DNA from: a virus
Lineage: Duplodnaviria; Caudoviricetes
DNA length: 64,000 nt
Virus record (IMG/VR): IMGVR_UViG_3300033066_002031
Coordinates: 3,864 to 67,863 of that record
Strand: one strand, 5' to 3'
In this document: positions 1-8,424 of the stretch, one piece after another
Layout: each line of letters starts with the position of its first letter
Numbering within the stretch: the first letter of the stretch is position 1
The notes under the pieces: model-generated
What the model saw: only the letters and a program-made list of their open reading frames with translations
Told to the model about the DNA's origin: nothing
Database searches by the model: none
Position numbers and translations under genes: made by a program

Positions 1-1547
1 CCGAGGATCTCCTGATCATCGCGGCTTGGGCTCGCGACGCCAAGGAGGGTCTGCGAATCCGCTCGACGCCGCAGATCATGCTCGCCATCGCGGCTCACCA
101 CCCGAAGACGAAGCCGTACGTGGCTCGCTACGGCACGGCGATCATGACCCGCGCCGACGACGTCCTCCAGGTCTTCGGGGCTTACCGCGACCTGTTCCAG
201 CGGGGCGAGAAGCTGCTCCACAAGGGCAGCCTGCCGCACGGTCTCCGCAAGGCTCTGGCGTCCGCCCTGGCGTCCCAGTCGCTCTACGGTCTGCTGAAGT
301 ACGACGGCGCGAACCGTCCGAACTTCGCCGACGTGCTCAAGATCGTCTCGGGCGACGCCGCGATGAGGAAGTACGGGCGCCCCGACGGCTACCCGCTGTC
401 GAAGAGCGTCTACAACTATTTCGTCAAGGGCGTCGTGGACGAGAACGCGCCGCAGATCATCAAGGCTCGCAAGGCGTTCTTCGCCTCCAAGGACATCAAC
501 GCCGTCAGCCTGGAGACCCTGAAGGCGGCGGGGCTGACCTGGGAGAACGTGATCTCGCACCTCGGATCGTCGAAGCAGTCGTGGGAACTGGTGCTCCCGC
601 TGATGAACGAGCAGGCTCTGACCCGCAACCTGCGGAACTTCGAGCAGGCTGGCATCAGCGAGAAGTCGTGGGATCTGGTCTACGAGGGCTTGCAGAAGAG
701 CGAGGGCAGCGTCCAGTTGCCGTTCCAGTTCTTCCTCGCCCTGAAGGCGGTGACTTCGACCAACGCCAAGACCGCCGTCGGGATCTGCCTGGACCACTCC
801 TGTGCGTCCCTGCCGGACCTGGACGGCGTCACGACGGTGTTTGTGGACAACTCCGGCTCGTGCCAGTCGGCGAAGGTCAGCGAGATGGGCAGCGCCACCG
901 TGGCGGACGCGGGCAACGTCCTCGCCGCCGTCGTGGCGAAGCGGTACGGTCGCAGGGCTAAGGTCGCCGTCTTCGGCGACCGTGGCATCTGGGTCAACGC
1001 ATCGCACGCCGACTCCTGCCTCTCGATCCACGCCAGCGTCTCCCGAGCCGCGACGAGCGGCAGCGAGACGGACTACCAGATCCTGGGCGCGATGAAGGAC
1101 TGGCGGTGCGGCAAGGTCGGCGTCGGCGCCGCGACCGAGACCGGCTTGTGGCACCTGCTCAAGCACATGATCGACAACAAGATCATGACGGACCGCATCA
1201 TCCTGCTCAGCGATCTCTGCTGCTACACCCAGGGCGACGTGAATTGCAGCGTCGACATGCGAAAGATCCTCGGCATCCCGAATGCCTCGATACAGTCGCT
1301 CATCGACCTGTACCGCCGCCAGGTCAACAACAACCTCCGGGTCTACTCGATCAACCTCAATGGGCACGCCCAGGCTCAGACGAGGGACGACGGCAAGACC
1401 CACCTGATGTCGGGCTGGTCGGAGAAGGTGATCTCGCTCATCGCGGATCTTGAGGCTCCGGTCTCGCCCAACGTCAACACGCCGTCGGTTACGGCGCCGC
1501 CCGTCAAGACCATCGACGTCCTTCGCCAGAAGTATCGTCGGGTCTGA
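1..1547 (+). CDS. rsr: Ro60/TROVE-domain RNA-binding protein with C-terminal vWA domain (5'-truncated by window edge)
   Basis: Frame is open from base 3 (EDLLIIAAWARDAKEGLRIRSTPQIMLA...). It carries TROVE-like motifs (ALTRNLRNF, QLPFQFFLA) and a vWA MIDAS motif (VFVDNSGS ... IILLSD). Confidence 0.85.
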   Translation, partial: EDLLIIAAWARDAKEGLRIRSTPQIMLAIAAHHPKTKPYVARYGTAIMTRADDVLQVFGAYRDLFQRGEKLLHKGSLPHGLRKALASALASQSLYGLLKYDGANRPNFADVLKIVSGDAAMRKYGRPDGYPLSKSVYNYFVKGVVDENAPQIIKARKAFFASKDINAVSLETLKAAGLTWENVISHLGSSKQSWELVLPLMNEQALTRNLRNFEQAGISEKSWDLVYEGLQKSEGSVQLPFQFFLALKAVTSTNAKTAVGICLDHSCASLPDLDGVTTVFVDNSGSCQSAKVSEMGSATVADAGNVLAAVVAKRYGRRAKVAVFGDRGIWVNASHADSCLSIHASVSRAATSGSETDYQILGAMKDWRCGKVGVGAATETGLWHLLKHMIDNKIMTDRIILLSDLCCYTQGDVNCSVDMRKILGIPNASIQSLIDLYRRQVNNNLRVYSINLNGHAQAQTRDDGKTHLMSGWSEKVISLIADLEAPVSPNVNTPSVTAPPVKTIDVLRQKYRRV

Positions 1548-1566
1548 GGCGAACCAGGAATCGGGG

Positions 1567-1595
1567 AGCCCCGTCTATACGACGGGGCTTTTCTT
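1567..1595 (+). terminator. Rho-independent terminator after ro60
   Basis: AGCCCCGTC-TATAC-GACGGGGCT stem followed by TTTCTT. Confidence 0.8.
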
Positions 1596-1613
1596 GTGCA
1601 AACGGTGTTCGCC

Positions 1614-1763
1614 ATGACTCCTCCACTCCCTGATTCCGACGACGACTTTGCCGATTATCCGATCGGCATTTGCCGCCATTGCGACAAAGCGTTCTTGAAG
1701 ACGGAGTTCTTCCTGGAGTTTTGTTCATGGGACTGCGAGGAGCGTTGGCTCAGCGGAAACTGA
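1614..1763 (+). CDS. Small Cys-containing hypothetical protein (49 aa, below the ORF-track cut-off)
   Basis: ATG..TGA, MTPPLPDSDDDFADYPIGICRHCDKAFLKTEFFLEFCSWDCEERWLSGN; CxxC...CxxxC pattern. Confidence 0.45.
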   Translation: MTPPLPDSDDDFADYPIGICRHCDKAFLKTEFFLEFCSWDCEERWLSGN

Positions 1764-1783
1764 ATGGATTCGGTGGATTCGCC

Positions 1784-1993
1784 ATGCACAAGAAGTGCAA
1801 TCATTGTAGCGGCAAGGGCGTGGTCGCCGATACGCACCACTGCTATCGAGTGTTCAGCAAGTATCAAGACACCGGCTGGATTGAGCCCCAGGAGTTCCCG
1901 ACCCTGGATCTCGCGAGGCTGTACAAGGCGAGCAACGGCGACAACTCCCGCATGATGCAGATCGTCGATCCAAAAGGCTGCGTCGTCGATTGA
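1784..1993 (+). CDS. Small hypothetical protein with CxxCxGxG motif
   Basis: MHKKCNHCSGKGVV...; tight packing with neighbours. Confidence 0.5.
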   Translation: MHKKCNHCSGKGVVADTHHCYRVFSKYQDTGWIEPQEFPTLDLARLYKASNGDNSRMMQIVDPKGCVVD

Positions 1994-2002
1994 GAGGTTG
2001 AA

Positions 2003-2218
2003 ATGTCCACCATCGTGATGAAGTGCTCCTGCGACGGCTTCCTCGGCAACAAGGCTGCGGCTCGCTATCAAGACGCCCATAACGGCGCCGGGCTCCGGGT
2101 CCATAACAAGACGACCAAGGAGAATACCTTCCGCTGCACCGTATGCGGCACCGAACGGGGCGCGACGGGCGGAGAAGGCAAGAAGGATTCCAAGAAGGAC
2201 GCCAAGAAGAAGTCCTGA
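2003..2218 (+). CDS. Small putative Zn-ribbon protein
   Basis: CSC...HN...RCTVCG, basic C-terminus, GAGG RBS. Confidence 0.6.
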   Translation: MSTIVMKCSCDGFLGNKAAARYQDAHNGAGLRVHNKTTKENTFRCTVCGTERGATGGEGKKDSKKDAKKKS

Positions 2219-2311
2219 GCCGATCCACCGCATCTGAAGAACATGAGCGACCCGCTGTCCTATTGTCAAATTAGGATCAGCGGGTTTCTCATTTCCCCAA
2301 GGAAGGAACAG

Positions 2312-2674
2312 ATGCCGAACCCAACCAATTTCAACCTCGGCGACGCCATGTCGGTTTCCGGGACGACGGTCGGCGAGAACGTCTACTACGTCTTCCACGT
2401 CGACCGCGACGCCAAGTACACGATCGAGACCAAGGGCACGGCGAACGCCACCCTCGGGATCTGGGGTCCGTTCCCCGACGCATCGGCGGCTTCGCAGGGC
2501 GACCATCCGCCGTACGGCAGGGTCGCGGTCAACGGCGTCGCCAAGTGGGGCAGCCGCACCCTCGCCCCAGGCTACTACTGCCTCCGCGTCACGCTGAGCA
2601 CCAACGGCTCCTACGGCTTCAAGGTGCGTCCTTGGCAGTTCGCCGACTACATCATGACCAAGCTGCATTCATGA
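2312..2674 (+). CDS. Beta-sandwich protein resembling a pre-peptidase C-terminal (PPC) domain
   Basis: YYVF...YTIET.G...TLAPGYYCLRV pattern; AAGGAAGGA RBS. Confidence 0.5.
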   Translation: MPNPTNFNLGDAMSVSGTTVGENVYYVFHVDRDAKYTIETKGTANATLGIWGPFPDASAASQGDHPPYGRVAVNGVAKWGSRTLAPGYYCLRVTLSTNGSYGFKVRPWQFADYIMTKLHS

Positions 2675-2687
2675 CGGGAGGCTCGTC

Positions 2688-2984
2688 ATGGACGGCGACA
2701 TCAAGATCAAGCTGGCTAAATTCATCGAGGTTTCCGAAGCCAAGCAGGAGGAGATTCGGGCGGAATCCGACCGCGTCGCCACGCTCGGCGTGCGAGCCCA
2801 GGAGACGAGCCAGGTGGGGGATTACCTCTCCTACATCTTGTCGGTCTGCAATCTCCATGACAAGAAATTCCAGTTCGTCCTGGATCACGTCGGGTTCATG
2901 ACGCAGTTGTCCAACCTCCTGCTCGTCCACGTTACAGCCCTGCAAAGTCGGATTGACAACCTTGACGGCGACTGCGACGCCTGA
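2688..2984 (+). CDS. Hypothetical protein
   Basis: GGAGG RBS, 98-aa ORF. Confidence 0.6.
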   Translation: MDGDIKIKLAKFIEVSEAKQEEIRAESDRVATLGVRAQETSQVGDYLSYILSVCNLHDKKFQFVLDHVGFMTQLSNLLLVHVTALQSRIDNLDGDCDA

Positions 2985-2998
2985 TATAATCCCAAGGA

Positions 2999-3125
2999 GT
3001 CAGGAGGCGGAATCGAATGTGCGGGCTGCATTGCTCATAAATTTCCCCGCAAGGGGTTGACCACACAGTCGGTAGGATGCTGCCCTCATAAAGCAGAGAC
3101 GGCGGTTCGATTCCGCCTCCTGGCA
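2999..3125 (+). pseudogene. Chimeric tRNA-Met(CAT)-like element: tRNA 3' three-quarters preceded by a CRISPR-repeat-like hairpin and a 19-nt self-antisense segment
   Basis: D-loop AGTCGGTA, anticodon loop CTCATAA, T arm GGCGG-TTCGATT-CCGCC and acceptor 3' strand TCCTGGC are present. The 5' D-stem strand is missing, and 2999-3017 is complementary to the T loop/acceptor strand (3106-3124). Confidence 0.55.
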
Positions 3126-3139
3126 TTAAGGAGACGACG

Positions 3140-3493
3140 ATGACGCTCGACGATCTGAAGGCTGACATCGCCAGCGACATCCCGAGTGACGGGACGCCGC
3201 AGTTTGGGATCATACTGCTGATGGTGATCGGTGCGTTGGTCAGCGAAATCATCCACTGGATCTTCAAGCGGTACACCGACAAGCGGGAAGCCGCCGCCCA
3301 GTGCGTCGTCTACTTCCAGCACTTCGGTCCCATCAAGCGAGTTGCCCTGGTCGCCAGGGCTGTGGCGCTGAAGCATCGCTTCGGCGTCGTCTCGACGTCG
3401 AACGAGAAGATCGTCGATACCACCGTCGGGAAGCTCCGCACCTTGTCGGCGGACGACTTCCTGGCTCTCGCGAAGAACATCGGAGCGGCGTGA
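3140..3493 (+). CDS. Hypothetical protein with one hydrophobic segment
   Basis: AAGGAG RBS, 117 aa. Confidence 0.65.
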   Translation: MTLDDLKADIASDIPSDGTPQFGIILLMVIGALVSEIIHWIFKRYTDKREAAAQCVVYFQHFGPIKRVALVARAVALKHRFGVVSTSNEKIVDTTVGKLRTLSADDFLALAKNIGAA

Positions 3494-3590
3494 TGCAGAG
3501 GCATGGCGATGGCGTCGAGTCCGGTCTTGCAGCTTAACCCCAGGCGATCCATCGATCGTCGGCTGCAAGACGGGCTGGGGCGACCAAGAT

Positions 3591-3821
3591 GTGCAAAGAT
3601 TTCATTCGCAAGACGCTGAGAATGTCCGCAACCGTCGCAAGCGAGATTGGCTCCGTGGGGATCGATATGACAAAGATCCGCATCCCCACAACTGCAACAA
3701 GAAGCATCCATTCGACTGCGGCAATTCGAGGTGCGGCATCTGCTCCGAAGCCAAGCGTTACGGTCACGAACCGACGCGGCAGGAGATCCGCAGCCTGGAC
3801 GGCATGATGGATCAGATGTAA
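3591..3821 (+). CDS. Small basic Cys/His protein
   Basis: HPFDCGNSRCGICS...TRQEIR motif; start uncertain. Confidence 0.5.
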   Translation: MQRFHSQDAENVRNRRKRDWLRGDRYDKDPHPHNCNKKHPFDCGNSRCGICSEAKRYGHEPTRQEIRSLDGMMDQM

Positions 3822-3828
3822 CGGAAAT

Positions 3829-3919
3829 CGCCTGGTGGCTCGAATAGTTAGGCTCCGGTTTTACACACCGGCACACCGGCATAAACCGGTTCAAGTAGGT
3901 GCAAGTCCTACCCAGGCGA
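3829..3919 (+). tRNA. tRNA-Val(TAC)-like gene with long variable arm and atypical T loop
   Basis: Acceptor CGCCTGG/CCAGGCG+A; anticodon arm CCGGT-TTTACAC-ACCGG; V-arm ACCGG-CATAAA-CCGGT; T arm GTAGG-TGCAAGT-CCTAC. Confidence 0.7.
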
Positions 3920-3931
3920 CTTAAAAATACC

Positions 3932-3959
3932 TTGACAAACATTTTTGTCGGGGTATACT
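3932..3959 (+). promoter_or_regulatory. Sigma70-type promoter
   Basis: TTGACA-16 nt-TATACT upstream of tRNA-Thr. Confidence 0.65.
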
Positions 3960-3975
3960 ATTGGGCAGGGATAAT

Positions 3976-4046
3976 TCCCCGAAGGTGTTGCGGCAGCATT
4001 CCGCTTTGGTATGGCGGCGGACCGGGTTCGACTCCCGGTCGGGGAT
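3976..4046 (+). tRNA. tRNA-Thr(GGT), CCA not encoded
   Basis: Acceptor TCCCCGA/TCGGGGA; anticodon arm CCGCT-TTGGTAT-GGCGG; T arm CCGGG-TTCGACT-CCCGG. Confidence 0.75.
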
Positions 4047-4061
4047 CTTAGGACAACGATC

Positions 4062-4556
4062 ATGAGCCGATACAGATTTCTCGTCTCGTCCCGCGTCAAT
4101 GCCGAGGCGACGACCCGCACCGGCATCCAGGACTTCGACGGCAACGACGTCGACTACGCCGTGGTGTCGATCCGAGACCCCAAGGCTCCGGTTCCGAATC
4201 TGCATCGCTCTCCCAGGCTGATCAGCATCCTCTCGCTGGCGTTCCACGACGCCGACGACAAGTGCAACGACAAGCCGTATCAGTTGATGACCAACGCCGA
4301 CGCCAAGAAGGTGTACGACTTCGTCTCGACGATGATGAAGGGCGGCGTCGACACGTTCCTGATCCACTGCGAGCTTGGAATCTCCCGCTCGGCTGGCTGC
4401 GCCGCCGCGCTCAGCAGGATCTTCAACGGCGACGACAGCCGGTATTTCATGACGGGCGGTCCTTACGGCTCGTCGATGTACCGACCCAACATGTTCATCT
4501 ACCGCAAGGTGCTCGAAGCCGGTGGCTACTCCCTAAAGCCGATAGGAGCGGAGTAA
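4062..4556 (+). CDS. PTP/dual-specificity-phosphatase-like protein
   Basis: HCELGISRSAG = CX5R active-site loop; VVSIRDP N-terminal motif. Confidence 0.8.
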   Translation: MSRYRFLVSSRVNAEATTRTGIQDFDGNDVDYAVVSIRDPKAPVPNLHRSPRLISILSLAFHDADDKCNDKPYQLMTNADAKKVYDFVSTMMKGGVDTFLIHCELGISRSAGCAAALSRIFNGDDSRYFMTGGPYGSSMYRPNMFIYRKVLEAGGYSLKPIGAE

Positions 4557-4626
4557 GCGTCGCAAAAGGATTTGCGTTGACATGCGTCCTTTTCGATGAC
4601 TCATCCTCATTTGAGGCTACCTCCCC

Positions 4627-5130
4627 ATGAGCGTTCAGACTCGTCGCGGCATCATCTTCGCCAGCTTCTTCCCGACCGGTTTCCTCACACGCAAGTTCGT
4701 CTCGCCGCCCGAGAAGCCGTCCAACGCCTTCCCCGTCGCCTATGACCGCGACCGCTACAATCGCATCGTCGCGGACTTCGGCTTGATCAACGCTCCCGAG
4801 ACCGCCGTCTACGTCGTCGGCTCCTGGAAGGGGTGCAGCGACTCCAAAGACGCCATCGCGTGCGTCCTGCGGGAAGACGGGCGGTGGATGGGAGCCAGCA
4901 CCCATTTCCCCAGATTTGCGGAGATCCCGGAATACAAGGTCGCGGAGCAATTCCTGCCGAAAGGCTCCGACTGGTTCCTCTCCGAGCCGTCGATCCAGGC
5001 GTTCTCGCCGTATCACACCACATGGTTCCGCAAGGACGGCGGCGACATCCACATGACGCTCCTGACGGGAGCCGGAGCCTACTGCGAACTCGCCGACGCC
5101 GACCACTACTGGATGTACAAGACGTTCTGA
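4627..5130 (+). CDS. Hypothetical protein
   Basis: 167-aa ORF with coding-like composition, followed by a terminator-like hairpin (GCCCGCC/GGCGGGC + T tract). Confidence 0.6.
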   Translation: MSVQTRRGIIFASFFPTGFLTRKFVSPPEKPSNAFPVAYDRDRYNRIVADFGLINAPETAVYVVGSWKGCSDSKDAIACVLREDGRWMGASTHFPRFAEIPEYKVAEQFLPKGSDWFLSEPSIQAFSPYHTTWFRKDGGDIHMTLLTGAGAYCELADADHYWMYKTF

Positions 5131-5189
5131 TCTATTCGTCGGTATAGCCCGCCAAGGACAGGCGGGCTTTTTTCGCGAAAGGAATCGCC

Positions 5190-5609
5190 ATGACCAGGGA
5201 CTTGCTTGAACGGATCGGCTGGAACTTCGCCCAGATCGTCGGGAGGATCACCCTGGACCAGAACCAGGGCGCAATCCTCATCGGAGCTTACACCCTCGCC
5301 GCCATCGCCTTCCTCGGGCTGATCTGCGTCGTCGTCTACACGTCCCGCAAGACGCCGGAAGTGAAGCAGGACGTCGTCAATCTCGACGACACCCAGTACG
5401 TCGAGGAGTTTTTGTCCGAGAAGGCGTCGGAATTCATCACGCTCGCCAACCAGATCGAGCGGGGCGACATCGCCGTCTTCAACCACTGGGGCAAGCGGGT
5501 CAACTGCGAGTCGCTGGTCACGCAGTCCAGGGATCTCGCCGCCTGGCTCACGACGTCGGCTAACAAGTTCAGGTCGCTCCAGGGTCTCGTCGACGACGAG
5601 CAAGCCTGA
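5190..5609 (+). CDS. Hypothetical membrane-anchored protein
   Basis: One hydrophobic helix (ILIGAYTLAAIAFLGLICVVVY); AAGGAA RBS. Confidence 0.65.
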   Translation: MTRDLLERIGWNFAQIVGRITLDQNQGAILIGAYTLAAIAFLGLICVVVYTSRKTPEVKQDVVNLDDTQYVEEFLSEKASEFITLANQIERGDIAVFNHWGKRVNCESLVTQSRDLAAWLTTSANKFRSLQGLVDDEQA

Positions 5610-5610
5610 T

Positions 5611-6744
5611 ATGAGCGGCAAGACGTTCGCCGAGTTCTTCGCGGGCATCGGTCTCGTCCGCCTGGGTCTTGAACCCGGCGGATGGCGGTGCGTCTACGCC
5701 AACGACTTCGACGCCACGAAGCGTCGGTTCTACGAGGCGCAATTCGGGGAGGAAAATCATTTCCACCTCGAAGACGTCAACAACGTCGACGCCGTGGTCG
5801 ACCGCATCGACGAAGCTCCGTTCCTCGCGACGGCTTCGTTCCCATGCACCGACCTCAGCCTCGCGGGACGCTATGCCGGGCTTGACGGCAAGCATTCGTC
5901 GGCGTTCTACGCCTTCGCGTCCGTGCTCGAAAGGCTTGGCGACCGCAAGCCCCAGGTCGTGATGCTGGAAAACGTGCCGGGGCTCCTGTCGTCGCGCAAG
6001 GGCAAGGACTTCGAGTTCATCGCCCGCAAGCTCGCGGATCTCGGCTATTGGGTCGACGCCATGATCGTCGACGCCCGCCATTTCCTCCCGCAAAGCCGCC
6101 CCCGCGTCTTCATCTTCGGCATCCGGAATCCTCCTCCGTCCTGGCGAGGCGAAGACGGGAGATTCTTCCCTCCGAACAAAGCCATCTCGCGCGCCAAGAA
6201 AACGGTCGAACTTTCGACTGGCTGGCTCTACATCTCGGCGAAGTCCAAGAAGCGGAGCGACGTGCCGGAACTCCATGAACTCATCGACGTCTTCGACGAC
6301 GGCGACTGGACCGACGCGAAGATCGAATTGTCGGCGAGCCGCATCCCGGAACGGCACAAGGCGTGTCTTGACAAACTCTACGATCGTGGTACGATATGGG
6401 CTGGCACCGCGTTCCAGAGGACGCGGCACGGCAGGCAGGTCGTCGAGGTCCGGTTCGACGGTCTGGCGGGCTGTCTGAGGACTCCCAAGGGCGGAAACGG
6501 GCGGCAGATCGTCATCATCATCGAGTCGTCGAGAACGGCGATGCGTTGGATGAAGCCGATCGAGTACGCCAGGCTCCAGGGCGCCCCGGATTATCCGCTG
6601 GTTGGCTCGACGACGCAGCAGTTGTTCGCCTTCGCCGACGCCGTCTGCGTCCCCGTAATCAAATGGCTCGACGACAACATCCTGACGCCAGCTTACGAGT
6701 ATGCTTCCAAATATGCGGCTGTTCCTGGAATTCCGCCAGCCTGA
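5611..6744 (+). CDS. dcm: DNA (cytosine-5)-methyltransferase
   Basis: Motif I FAEFFAGIG, motif IV FPCTDLS, motif VI ENV, motif VIII QSRPRVF, motifs IX/X EYARLQG / ADAVCVP. Confidence 0.92.
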   Translation: MSGKTFAEFFAGIGLVRLGLEPGGWRCVYANDFDATKRRFYEAQFGEENHFHLEDVNNVDAVVDRIDEAPFLATASFPCTDLSLAGRYAGLDGKHSSAFYAFASVLERLGDRKPQVVMLENVPGLLSSRKGKDFEFIARKLADLGYWVDAMIVDARHFLPQSRPRVFIFGIRNPPPSWRGEDGRFFPPNKAISRAKKTVELSTGWLYISAKSKKRSDVPELHELIDVFDDGDWTDAKIELSASRIPERHKACLDKLYDRGTIWAGTAFQRTRHGRQVVEVRFDGLAGCLRTPKGGNGRQIVIIIESSRTAMRWMKPIEYARLQGAPDYPLVGSTTQQLFAFADAVCVPVIKWLDDNILTPAYEYASKYAAVPGIPPA

Positions 6745-7126
6745 CGTCTGGATCAATCGCTACGTCCTGGCACCGTACGCTCCGTTTCACGATTGGAACG
6801 AGCACATTTTCAAAGCCAGCACCCAGATCCCGATGGGGCAGTTGACGACGTGGAAGCCGCTCGATCCCTGGTACTACAGGCTCGGCACTATTCAAACCTA
6901 CGACCCCGGCGGCGACGTCTGCGAACGCCACGTCAGGGTGTTCCTGCCGATGATCGGCTTGCGGAAACCGATCGAAGGCGAGAAGAAGACCGGAAAACCA
7001 CCATTGACCTTGCTCCCCGGAAGTGAATACGGAATCGTGACTCTGTTCGCTCCGTGCGAGTTGATGGTGGGTGATGGACCAGAGACACATGATCCTCTAC
7101 GTGGGCGACATCCCGCTCAGGCTTAA
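6701..7126 (+). CDS. Hypothetical protein
   Basis: 141-aa ORF overlapping both neighbours. Confidence 0.45.
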   Translation: MLPNMRLFLEFRQPDVWINRYVLAPYAPFHDWNEHIFKASTQIPMGQLTTWKPLDPWYYRLGTIQTYDPGGDVCERHVRVFLPMIGLRKPIEGEKKTGKPPLTLLPGSEYGIVTLFAPCELMVGDGPETHDPLRGRHPAQA

Positions 7127-7724
7127 CGGCGCCGTCAACGACCGCGTCAACGAGCAGATCAATGATTTCGTCGCCGCCATGAGCGGACGCGATCAGTCGG
7201 CGGGGTATTACACGGACCGCCGACGCGCCCCCGCGTCCAAGGTCGCCGACGACATCGCGGTGGGGAAGAAAGCCGAGTTCTTCGCCCTCCTGGCTCTCTA
7301 CCGGCATTACGGCTTCCCGTCGGTCCCGGTCGACCTGGAGATACGGCGGGGCAAGAAGAAGGGATGGGCGACGGATCTCCCATTCGCCAGCGTCGACGCC
7401 CGCTTCCCCAACGCCCACGTCAAGGCGTGCAGCGACAAGACGATCTCGTTCTGCGGCGACTATAGCTGGACGTTCCAGATCGGCGACGCCAGGGGAACCA
7501 GCGGCATCGACGACATCTTCATGCGGGGCAACGACGATATCCTCGTCCTCGTCTACCTCGCCGACGCCGTTACGCCCGAAGCCGTCGTCAAAGCCATCAT
7601 CCCCTGGGATACGGCGCAACTCCACCTCGCCGACCCCCGCAAGGCGTCGCTCGTCGGGCTGAAGAAATGCCTCTACTACGCCGACCTCAAGGCAAATTTT
7701 GCGACGATGAAAACAACCGCTTGA
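7089..7724 (+). CDS. Hypothetical protein, possibly PD-(D/E)xK nuclease fold
   Basis: GKKAE...TDL...HVKA spacing resembles a PD-(D/E)xK core; not confirmed. Confidence 0.4.
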   Translation: MILYVGDIPLRLNGAVNDRVNEQINDFVAAMSGRDQSAGYYTDRRRAPASKVADDIAVGKKAEFFALLALYRHYGFPSVPVDLEIRRGKKKGWATDLPFASVDARFPNAHVKACSDKTISFCGDYSWTFQIGDARGTSGIDDIFMRGNDDILVLVYLADAVTPEAVVKAIIPWDTAQLHLADPRKASLVGLKKCLYYADLKANFATMKTTA

Positions 7725-7949
7725 CAATCTCGGCGCCGCGTGGTAGTATCATGGAGTCGGACGCGAGCGGCTCGGTGGTGCGAAAATGCCGGGGGTCGCT
7801 CGCAAATCCACAAGATGATCATTGGCAATGCGTTATGAGAAACTCATCGGCGAGAACGGTTGCATAGAGCTTGATATTTAGCTTTGCTGCGACCGGCTCT
7901 CGCAAGATGCCTTGCAAACCGATACGGCGACGGGGCTTACGGAGCCGCC
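7721..7949 (+). promoter_or_regulatory. Sigma70 promoter plus CRISPR leader
   Basis: TTGACA(7721-26)-17 nt-TAGTAT(7744-49), then ~200 nt of non-coding leader ending at repeat 1. Confidence 0.75.
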
Positions 7950-8424
7950 GTCGCAACACTACAAACTCCGTCAGGAGTTGACCACGCATCCTTGCCTCCG
8001 ATGTAAATAGATAGGTTCTCGCGTCGCAACACTACAAACTCCGTCAGGAGTTGACCACTACATGGATCAGGACAGCGTCCGCGAGCCCGTCGGGGAGTCG
8101 CAACACTACAAACTCCGTCAGGAGTTGACCACTACATGGATCAGGACAGCGTCCGCGAGCCCGTCGGGGAGTCGCAACACTACAAACTCCGTCAGGAGTT
8201 GACCACGCTACCATGCAGCCCATCGATGCGAACGTGCCGATAACTGTCGCAACACTACAAACTCCGTCAGGAGTTGACCACTGGTGAACCGTGTTAGCAA
8301 GCTCTCCACAGTGGGCGTCGCAACACTACAAACTCCGTCAGGAGTTGACCACGAGTCGATCGTGACCGAGCCGCCGGAGCCGGTCAGGGTCGCAACACTA
8401 CAAACTCCGTCAGGAGTTGACCAC
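7950..8424 (+). CRISPR. CRISPR array: 7 identical 36-nt repeats GTCGCAACACTACAAACTCCGTCAGGAGTTGACCAC, 6 spacers (37, 38, 38, 39, 35, 36 nt)
   Basis: Repeats start at 7950, 8023, 8097, 8171, 8246, 8317, 8389; internal hairpin AACTCC-GTCA-GGAGTT; spacers 2 and 3 identical; no cas gene nearby. Confidence 0.97.

Noticed and set aside
7986-8388. Self-targeting spacers
   Set aside because: No protospacer was found by eye within this window; an exhaustive search was not possible.
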